Assembly (NCBI GenBank): GCA_002431545.1
Contig: DJFY01000086.1
Location: forward strand, 2,848-26,847
From: Cellvibrionales bacterium UBA5860
GTDB taxonomy: Bacteria > Pseudomonadota > Gammaproteobacteria > Pseudomonadales > Porticoccaceae
Length of the DNA: 24,000 bases
Reading direction: 5' to 3'
Shown here: one piece after another, positions 1 through 6,676 of the stretch
Layout: every line of letters begins with the position of its first letter
Numbering within the stretch: position 1 is the stretch's first letter
The notes under the pieces: generated by a model
The model's input: only the letters and a program-made list of their open reading frames with translations
Database searches by the model: none
What the model was told of the DNA's origin: nothing
Position numbers and translations under genes: made by a program

Positions 1-902
1 ATCTCGTAATACCGCTCGATAAACTGCACGCAATGGCTAAATGACCGGGCCACAAGAAGCAGTGGCACAACCATGATCAGCGGTTCAATCGGGTCTCCTA
101 ACCAGCCGACAAAACCAAAACCCCAAATCGCGGCGACCAGACTACTGACCACGGGCACGACAACGCCGACAATATTGCGCATGTACAGCACCAGCGACAA
201 CAACAAAGCTGTGCCGGTGATTGCAAAAATCGTTAGCATTTGTTTTTCGTAGTAGTACACCCAACCGGTGAGCATGGGCTGGCCCGCGACATAAATCTCA
301 TGAACATCGTCACGCTCAGCCTCTACAATATTTTCCTGAATAAAATTAAAAACCACGCCGTAATCCAGCAAACGCTCGATAAAAGTGGCCTGAATCAATG
401 TGGCGGTTTCATCCTGGGAAATAAGGAAAGTCTGACTACTGGGTGACTTTTTGACCCGCTCGATAAACTCGCGCATCTCCTCCGGCGTCTTGGGAGCCGA
501 ATCGCCCATTAACGGCTGACTATCGATTCCAAAGGGCGTGGCCTGCGCGTAGCGAGCTTTTTCCGTGCTGATGGAAAGTATCTGGTCGTGATCGACACCT
601 GGCGTGAGGTCGATATTGCGCGTCATATCCCAGACTTTCTGCAAAGTGTCCGGCTGATAGATCGATTTACCGTCAGTACGCTTGACCATGACGGTAACGG
701 TAAGAGGGTTGCCAAAATTCGGGTGATCCAGATAGGTTTCTACAAATGGATGACTCTTTGGCAGCAAGTCAGTAAATATGGTTTTTAATTCAACCTTGTA
801 TACACCGGCGGCGAAAAAGGCAGTAATAACGGTCATGATGAGCATTGACGCCCACCGGTGGTGCATGACCAATCTGGCTAGCCGATAACGAACGGTTTCC
901 AA
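1..902 (-). CDS. RND-superfamily (MMPL/HpnN-like) membrane transporter. About 300 N-terminal codons are present and the 3' end runs off the window.
   Basis: This ORF is absent from the supplied track because it is open at the window edge. Manual translation of the minus strand gives one uninterrupted frame from about 902 to 1: LETVRYRLARLVMHHRWASMLIMTVITAFFAAGVYKVELKTIFTDLLPKSHPFVETYLDHPNFGNPLTVTVMVKRTDGKSIYQPDTLQKVWDMTRNIDLTPGVDHDQ...YVAGQPMLTGWVYYYEKQMLTIFAITGTALLLSLVLYMRNIVGVVVPVVSSLVAAIWGFGFVGWLGDPIEPLIMVVPLLLVARSFSHCVQFIERYYE. The layout is TM1, a large periplasmic loop, then a TM2-4 block, as in MMPL/RND exporters and as in the 852-aa ORF at 10401. The start is TTG at 902 or ATG at 866, and an in-frame TAG lies at 926-924. 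The short + strand ORFs at 240-446 and 588-788 are antisense shadows of this gene. Confidence 0.7.
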   Translation of the reverse strand, partial: METVRYRLARLVMHHRWASMLIMTVITAFFAAGVYKVELKTIFTDLLPKSHPFVETYLDHPNFGNPLTVTVMVKRTDGKSIYQPDTLQKVWDMTRNIDLTPGVDHDQILSISTEKARYAQATPFGIDSQPLMGDSAPKTPEEMREFIERVKKSPSSQTFLISQDETATLIQATFIERLLDYGVVFNFIQENIVEAERDDVHEIYVAGQPMLTGWVYYYEKQMLTIFAITGTALLLSLVLYMRNIVGVVVPVVSSLVAAIWGFGFVGWLGDPIEPLIMVVPLLLVARSFSHCVQFIERYYE

Positions 903-1396
903 CGCGCTTTCCCCCTGGCAAGACTACAAGAAGTTTGTTATTAGTTCTTGATTCGGTCATGTGGTGCGAATCCAGCTGACCTAACCGGATTTTCCGCCAT
1001 CCCGAAAAGCGCCTGACTCTATCATGGCGATTCTGTGACGTCCACAATATAAATAAATATGACTGTAAAAAAGCCTCTATTTTCAGTAACTTTGTAAGGG
1101 TCCTTACGTAATATACGTCAGCACGCAGACATAAATAGAGTAAGCTTTAGTTATTCATGTAGGATCGTGCACTGGGATCTGACACCCATTCAATCTTTCG
1201 TGATATCTTCAAATAGAATCTATCTTCACTACGGCAACCGCGACTTTGTCGAACGATTATTTAGAAGATGGGGGGAAATACAGGAATAAAAAAGCTATCG
1301 CTTTTAAGAAGCACGGAAATGGAAGCTCGTTGTTCTCTTTACAGCGGTGCAACGAGGCGCTACACAACAGCCACACCCGCCGACAGGCAAAGCCAC

Positions 1397-2068
1397 CTAA
1401 CGCGAGATGCGTGCTTTCCAAACAACGACCAAACCGGCGGCAATCATCAGGCAAAACAAACCAGCACCCCAAAGCCAGCGCGGCATGGTTTCGTCCGCCC
1501 GCTCGAAAGTAGCACTGACTCCGGGAACACTCCAGAGGTCACCACTCCCGCGACCAACCACAAGCTGGGCCTTCATACCTTTTTCCATATGCTGAGCGAT
1601 GTCGCAATGTACAAGATAAGTCCTGTCATCGCTCGGCACAATAAAGGTGCCGCTTTGACGATGCCCTCCGGCAGCTTCCATATGAAACATGCCCTGGTCA
1701 TACAAGTATTTCGGCAATCCGTGCACCATCCACTGGTGGCGCACACGGTCTTGATTTATAAAGGTCACCGTTATTCGACTGCACGGCTCAACCTGCCATT
1801 GATGATCGCTAAAACCAAAAGTCGTGCCTGGGAAAGGTTTCGCATACTCAGTACCAGCAGTCACCTCGAACTGGTACTCCCGGCGTATTTCTGAACAATC
1901 CTCTGGCAACTTATCGGCATTCTCATTCATCACCATCCCTGTTTCGTCCATTTTCATGGCGTGATGATCGTTGTGGTGGTGATGCTCCATCTCTGGCTGC
2001 GCTTGGGTAATACCGGAGTAGAGCAGCAGCACACCGACGACAAAGTAACCGACGAACGAGCTAATCAT
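1397..2068 (-). CDS. Membrane-anchored type-1 cupredoxin (plastocyanin/azurin-like, CopI-like) with an N-terminal His/Met-rich tract. It is the last gene of the CuMMO operon.
   Basis: 223 aa. It has a signal peptide (MISSFVGYFVVGVLLLYSGITQA|QPE). A metal-binding tract follows at residues 27-47 (MEHHHHNDHHAMKMDETGMVM). Type-1 copper ligand pattern: RHQWMVHG (H111/H116), then VHCDIAQHMEKGM, which is C155-x4-H160-x4-M165. C-terminal hydrophobic helix WLWGAGLFCLMIAAGLVVVW. The start overlaps the upstream MCO stop by 8 nt. Confidence 0.8.
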   Translation of the reverse strand: MISSFVGYFVVGVLLLYSGITQAQPEMEHHHHNDHHAMKMDETGMVMNENADKLPEDCSEIRREYQFEVTAGTEYAKPFPGTTFGFSDHQWQVEPCSRITVTFINQDRVRHQWMVHGLPKYLYDQGMFHMEAAGGHRQSGTFIVPSDDRTYLVHCDIAQHMEKGMKAQLVVGRGSGDLWSVPGVSATFERADETMPRWLWGAGLFCLMIAAGLVVVWKARISR

Positions 2069-3767
2069 TGCGCTTCTTCACGAAGGTCCAGACCCACAAA
2101 AGACCCAGCAACAAGCCGATCACGATAGTCAAAGCCAAAATCCTAAGCGTTGAAATCGCGTACGGCTCGACGCTTTCGAGCAGGGACGTCGAACCATCCG
2201 CTGAATCTCTGCGATAAAACTCAGGTGCCAGAAAATTATTCCAGTCCAGACCAAAAGTCATCGGCCAACCATCATCCTGCAGGTATTTGTCGTAAACAAT
2301 TGCGCTGACATTCCCGCCCGGCCCCAGGCCGTTGGTGGTGACGCCTCGCTCCCGATGATCGTGCATCAACCAGACGCCAGGGCCATAGCTATGCAGACCA
2401 TCGTCCTTTGTCGACAAGTCCAGATCCACGCGCTGCGCCGACGCTATCCAAACCACATCGCGGGTAATACGGGCCGGCTCGGGATGCTCGACACCATCGT
2501 AGTGAGTGATAGTCACTTTATGTCCGTGCGTGTGGAGCGCCACTCCTTCGCTCCCGGCGTTTAACACGCGCAGCTTCACCCGCTCATCTGGGGCAGTCAC
2601 GATCAGTGAATCCCTGGCGGTATAGGGAAAAGAGCGTCCATTAAGCATGTAATATTCGAAATCCGCCTGGCTGATGTCGTATTGCCGGTGCACCCGCTGC
2701 GTGATAACACGTGGATCGTTACTCGACTGCACCGCTTCTCCGAGTTCTTTATCGAAGTCCTGATAATGAAGATCGTATTCTCGGTCGTAGCTTTCCTTGC
2801 TGGCCACGGAAGGGTGACGTACCAGCCCATCACCGATGTTAAAAGTCTGCAGCCAGTTGTTGGGCCGGTTCTCCTCGACTACGAACAAACCGTTTAAACC
2901 CATCAGGATGTGCGCCTGCACCTCTACGTGGCAGTGATAGAACATCGAGCCCGCCTGTCGCGGCTGCATCTCATAAGTGCGCTGCTTACCCGGCATCAAA
3001 GGCTTTTCGCTGGTGACGGGAACACCGTCATTACCTTCACCGTTCTCGTCCAGAAAGGGATGGTCTACCCCGTGAAAATGGATCGTATGCGGCATGTAAT
3101 GGGTATTCTCCAGCGTCACCTTGATCTGGTCGCCCTGCTCTACACGAATGGCCGGCGAAGGCATCCTTAACCCAGGCTGCGCAATCAGCGACTCAAAATT
3201 TTCCGTCGACATGCCAACCGACTTGGGGGCAAACACCCAAAACCCAGGTTTGATTCCGGGCGCGACTGAATACTGGACCACGGGTTCGTTGATATCTGGC
3301 GAGGCGCCGTTAAGTTCGAATACTTCCAAACGAATATGGATTTCGTCCGGGTCGCCATCCTGATCCAGGTCGCGACCCTTGACGACAGCGTCAGGAGACA
3401 GGCGGGCATTCATCAAGGTCATATGGCCGACGTTGTTCGTGCCTTTGACAAACGCCGCGATGGCGTGGGGATTATCTGCAAGGCAACCGGGTTCGGCCAG
3501 AATATCGATGCCGGCTACAGTCTGCGCCTTGCGCCAGCCCTTGAGATCAGGAGGACAGATATCGCCGATTTCATCGTAATCGGAATCTTGCAGCGGCCGG
3601 GCAGGAATAGTAGCAGGCGCTTCCCGATAGTCAGTAGCACCAAACTGCTTGTCATACCAGACGCGCCAGTCGCGCGGATACCATTGCCATGGTACTAACG
3701 CTACGATTAATAACGTCAGAACGACTAAGACAAGGGCTCGAACAAGGACTCTCAAAACTTCAGGCAA
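2061..3767 (-). CDS. Two-domain multicopper oxidase (NirK/2dMCO superfamily) with an N-terminal TM helix, a roughly 170-aa extension and a C-terminal TM helix.
   Basis: 568 aa. Four HxH pairs are present. H227-T-I-H230-F-H232-G is L3-type (HxxHxH). Y-H278-C279-H280-VEVQA-H286-IL-M289-GLNG is L4-type with the T1 Cys/His/Met. L-H412-T-H414-G-H is L1-type (HxHG). WLM-H469-D-H471 is L2-type. N-terminal TM is LVRALVLVVLTLLIVALV and C-terminal TM is LRILALTIVIGLLLGLLWVW. The start is TTG, 15 nt after the preceding stop. Confidence 0.85.
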   Translation of the reverse strand: MPEVLRVLVRALVLVVLTLLIVALVPWQWYPRDWRVWYDKQFGATDYREAPATIPARPLQDSDYDEIGDICPPDLKGWRKAQTVAGIDILAEPGCLADNPHAIAAFVKGTNNVGHMTLMNARLSPDAVVKGRDLDQDGDPDEIHIRLEVFELNGASPDINEPVVQYSVAPGIKPGFWVFAPKSVGMSTENFESLIAQPGLRMPSPAIRVEQGDQIKVTLENTHYMPHTIHFHGVDHPFLDENGEGNDGVPVTSEKPLMPGKQRTYEMQPRQAGSMFYHCHVEVQAHILMGLNGLFVVEENRPNNWLQTFNIGDGLVRHPSVASKESYDREYDLHYQDFDKELGEAVQSSNDPRVITQRVHRQYDISQADFEYYMLNGRSFPYTARDSLIVTAPDERVKLRVLNAGSEGVALHTHGHKVTITHYDGVEHPEPARITRDVVWIASAQRVDLDLSTKDDGLHSYGPGVWLMHDHRERGVTTNGLGPGGNVSAIVYDKYLQDDGWPMTFGLDWNNFLAPEFYRRDSADGSTSLLESVEPYAISTLRILALTIVIGLLLGLLWVWTFVKKRND

Positions 3768-3782
3768 TAAACTTGATCATTG

Positions 3783-4460
3783 TCATTTCGGCCGAAAAAT
3801 ATGGCTACGCCCGGCCCCATATATAAATATTGCACACAGCAAAAAAAGCAGCGCGAAATACTTTACATACTTTCCGTATTGCGGCGAGCCAACGGCGAAC
3901 GGAAATACAGACGTGTATTTCAACCCTGTTTCCAGGTGATGCGCATTGACAATGCCGATGTAGCCTCCCTCCTGGACGAAGTTGTAACGAACATTCATCA
4001 CGCCTTTCTGGAATTGCCGAGGCTCCTGATAATAAATAGTTGCCTTTTCTATCGCTTCGGGACCGCCTAAATCCGCATAGGTCGCGGTTACGCCGATGCT
4101 GTTAACATCGCGCACGATACGAAAATCAAGCTCCATGTTACGAAGTTCGTCGCTGATAAAATCAATCACAAATATACTTTCCGCGACCAACGGGATATCT
4201 TCGCAAAATTCCTGGGTCGCTCGCTGTTTTGGCAGGTAGCCTGTGAAATGCGCCTTGTAACGATCGATTTTTATAATACAGACGTCGTCTTCTACCGACA
4301 CTCCACCGTGCCCGAATACGGCGGGAGCAAATAGCGTGACGCTAACGAATAACGCCAACGCCGTTAAATAATGGGCAGGCCAGGAAAAAAAGTTCACAAA
4401 ATAGTCTTGATGCTTATGAAAACTGCCAGTGAGCGCACGGACCCATCCCATATGACTCAA
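3783..4460 (-). CDS. Bitopic periplasmic protein in the PmoD/AmoD position: signal/TM, a roughly 145-aa periplasmic domain, then a C-terminal TM. Homology to PmoD is unverified.
   Basis: 225 aa. The TTG start at 4460 overlaps the xmoB TGA stop (TTGA). An alternative ATG lies at 4451. Hydrophobic segment YLTALALFVSVTLFAPAVFG is followed by HGGVSVEDDVC, so the predicted mature N-terminus is His51. There are two Cys (C61, C86). C-terminal helix YFALLFLLCAIFIYGAG. The architecture matches what is described for PmoD, but I cannot confirm sequence homology by eye. Confidence 0.75.
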   Translation of the reverse strand: MSHMGWVRALTGSFHKHQDYFVNFFSWPAHYLTALALFVSVTLFAPAVFGHGGVSVEDDVCIIKIDRYKAHFTGYLPKQRATQEFCEDIPLVAESIFVIDFISDELRNMELDFRIVRDVNSIGVTATYADLGGPEAIEKATIYYQEPRQFQKGVMNVRYNFVQEGGYIGIVNAHHLETGLKYTSVFPFAVGSPQYGKYVKYFALLFLLCAIFIYGAGRSHIFRPK

Positions 4461-5713
4461 AAGAAAGTCGGCAGAATAGGGCCGCCAATTTCCTGATAAT
4501 AGCGCTTGCCGTCCTCGTCAAAGTAGAACAACAAACCAGCAAAGCGGCTGTCCGGGTCATTAATCAGCCCGGTCATACGGTACTGTTCCCATAATGCATC
4601 GGAGGCAACCATTTTCACCGGACGCGATGCTCCCGGCGGAATAACACTGTCACCGGTAACCGTGAGGCCATCAAAAGCTACCATTTCTTCTTCCGGATAA
4701 GTCGTCGGACCACTGATAGCAGAGTTGAGAAAACGAATGTTCGCCGTAAGGAACTCACCGATGCTATAGGCTTGATCGGAACGATTTGTCAACACCGCAT
4801 TGATCATCAAACTGCGCCCGGCCAATTCGTATCGCGCGCTCTCTACTTCGATATCAAGTTCACCCGTCGGCGGCGTTAGCCCGACCACATCCACCTTCCC
4901 TGTTTGCAACGGTATAGTAATTGGATATTTATTCTCCCCCCACAAATAGCCGCCCAAAATAACCGCCAGCGTTAGCGTGAAGAAGACACTGCTTACGACG
5001 AAATCTCGCTTGGTAAGAATTTCATCGGCTTTATCCTGCCCCATCTCTCTGACACGTATAAACCGCGGGATAAAAAGTTCACGCCGAGCCAGCCAATAAA
5101 CGATATAGGCAATCCCCAGGACGATCCAGACAACGTGCCAAACAAACACATCGCCCAAACCATAGGTCTCGAGATTCACAGTCTCACCGGTAAGCGTTGT
5201 GGCTTCATTCACAAAAGGTACCGGGCCGCCGGAATGATCTTCAACCTCCACCCACGTGCCCTTGCCGACCAAAGAACCCGCATCTTTTACGTTTAAAAGC
5301 GAGTGAACATGGTAGCGACCTGGAATTCGAGCCCGCATGATAATGCGGTATTCGTACACTTTGCCGAGCTCGAAAGCTGTCGAACGCACCATGGGCACTT
5401 CGTTTACAGATGCGTCGAGCTTGATAAAAGTAGGCCCGGGCACCCCGATATTGAGGTAAACAGTATCTTCAGGACTCGGCAACTGATTGGGCCATAGCTC
5501 AGAGGTATAAAACTTCCCGGTCACTGTGACGATATCGCCTACCTTGACCTTGAGTGGCGCAACATTTAAATCGAACCAGTGCACGGTCCGCATACGCATA
5601 CTCGCCAATTGGGCGCGCTCACCGTGAGCAACCACATCGCCTGCGAATAGAGACAGCAACAACACCAAGACGAGATTTACCGTTGCAGAACGCGCTGAAA
5701 AAACAACTTTCAT
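4457..5713 (-). CDS. pmoB: Copper membrane monooxygenase subunit B (PmoB/AmoB family).
   Basis: 418 aa. A signal peptide ends ...GDVVA|HGERAQLASMRMRTVHWFD (compare PmoB HGEKSQAAFMRMRTIHWYD). This gives an N-terminal His30 plus GRYH135VH137SLLNV, the His/HxH CuB ligand set. Two internal TM helices (VFVWHVVWIVLGIAYIVYWL, VVSSVFFTLTLAVILGGYLW) sit between two soluble domains, as in PmoB. Confidence 0.93.
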   Translation of the reverse strand: MKVVFSARSATVNLVLVLLLSLFAGDVVAHGERAQLASMRMRTVHWFDLNVAPLKVKVGDIVTVTGKFYTSELWPNQLPSPEDTVYLNIGVPGPTFIKLDASVNEVPMVRSTAFELGKVYEYRIIMRARIPGRYHVHSLLNVKDAGSLVGKGTWVEVEDHSGGPVPFVNEATTLTGETVNLETYGLGDVFVWHVVWIVLGIAYIVYWLARRELFIPRFIRVREMGQDKADEILTKRDFVVSSVFFTLTLAVILGGYLWGENKYPITIPLQTGKVDVVGLTPPTGELDIEVESARYELAGRSLMINAVLTNRSDQAYSIGEFLTANIRFLNSAISGPTTYPEEEMVAFDGLTVTGDSVIPPGASRPVKMVASDALWEQYRMTGLINDPDSRFAGLLFYFDEDGKRYYQEIGGPILPTFF

Positions 5714-5737
5714 ACTCTCTCCCCCTTCAAATCCCGC

Positions 5738-6538
5738 TTACGCGATGCGCTTGGCATACTTGTCCAGTCCATTAATCCACTTACCCAGCAGCAAAAACAA
5801 GGCATAAACGACTATGCCGACGAGGCCCGCAAAGACAGCAGTCAAGGGCGTCACCGAACCACCAAAAGTTCGCAACGTCGACTCTTCGATAATTCTTAGG
5901 TATTCGGGAGTCGTTGTCCGAATATATTGGAAGCCCATCAGGTCTGCCATTGACAAAAGCATGCCATTGAATTCCACCGGCACTTTGGAGGCCGCGAAGA
6001 TAGGCCAGTTAAGCGGCCACACCAGCGCTCCGAAAAGCCCACCGCCGATAATGCAGGAAATGATCAGGCTACGCGTCATAATCAAACTGCAATCGAGCAA
6101 AATACCCAAGCCAATGTATGTAGACGCGGGAACAAACGACATCGGGAAGTAGGTGAACTCGTAAAAATTCAGGTAGCGGCTCAGCCACGACGTCAGACAC
6201 AACAATGTCGTTACGGCCGTAGCGACTACGGGCAACCGCAAGCGGTACCAAAGCCCATAAGCAAGCGGCCCGATAAACATCAGCAGGGTCATTGGGGCTA
6301 CGACTGGCCACCAACGGCGATCCCGCCAGTCAATCCAGTAATCCCAGTCCCCGGCCGTTAGAGTAAACTGTATCTGAACACCCAGGGCCAAGAACGAAAA
6401 AAGCACCAAGATAAATATGCCATCAAACCGCCGGTAGAGCTTCATGGCTTTGGGATTGTCAAGGGACTTGACATCCAGCCTTCGCTGTCGAACCTCGTTT
6501 TCTGACATCAATTCTGTGGAAACAGACTGTTCACTCAT
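5738..6538 (-). CDS. pmoA: Copper membrane monooxygenase subunit A (PmoA/AmoA family).
   Basis: 266 aa. Hallmark motifs are LTAGDWDYWIDWRDRRWWP and MGFQYIRTTTPEYLRIIEESTLRTFGG (compare [25 protein letters not shown]). It is a polytopic membrane protein. SD GAGGTG precedes the ATG. Confidence 0.93.
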   Translation of the reverse strand: MSEQSVSTELMSENEVRQRRLDVKSLDNPKAMKLYRRFDGIFILVLFSFLALGVQIQFTLTAGDWDYWIDWRDRRWWPVVAPMTLLMFIGPLAYGLWYRLRLPVVATAVTTLLCLTSWLSRYLNFYEFTYFPMSFVPASTYIGLGILLDCSLIMTRSLIISCIIGGGLFGALVWPLNWPIFAASKVPVEFNGMLLSMADLMGFQYIRTTTPEYLRIIEESTLRTFGGSVTPLTAVFAGLVGIVVYALFLLLGKWINGLDKYAKRIA

Positions 6539-6590
6539 AGCAACACCTCATATACCCGCTGCGGGATATACCGGAAATTAGCGCTTTTTG

Positions 6591-6627
6591 GAAAAATTAT
6601 CCCCGCAACCAAAAGCTTGCGGGGATA
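6591..6627 (-). terminator. Intrinsic-terminator-like hairpin in the xmoC-xmoA intergenic spacer. It could be an attenuator or an RNA-processing/stability element.
   Basis: In the mRNA sense the sequence is UAUCCCCGCAA-GCUUUUGG-UUGCGGGGAUA, an 11-bp perfect stem with an 8-nt loop (6598-6627). It is followed immediately by AUUUUUC (6597-6591). It lies 50 nt after the xmoC stop and about 55 nt before the xmoA start. Confidence 0.55.
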
Positions 6628-6676
6628 AAGGTAGGGATTCACCGCTGCCCTCAAGGCAAAGGAATCAGGTCATAGC

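Noticed and set aside
790-1047. An 85-aa minus-strand ORF at the 5' end of the RND gene region.
   Set aside because: It is out of frame with the uninterrupted RND transporter frame, which begins at 902 or 866, and overlaps it. The sequence has no features of a real protein.
1326-1356. A possible terminator after the last operon gene: stem CTCGTTG/CAACGAG.
   Set aside because: The stem is only 7 bp, the loop is 17 nt, and there is no clean U-tract on the transcribed strand. That is too weak to call, so where the operon terminates remains open.
1268-1894. A 208-aa + strand ORF, with nested ORFs at 1246-1512 and 1407-1595, opposite the cupredoxin gene.
   Set aside because: It is antisense to a well-supported cupredoxin CDS. 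The product is low-complexity and Ser/Thr/Arg/His-rich with no motifs. It extends into AT-rich intergenic DNA with no SD. It is a typical shadow ORF.
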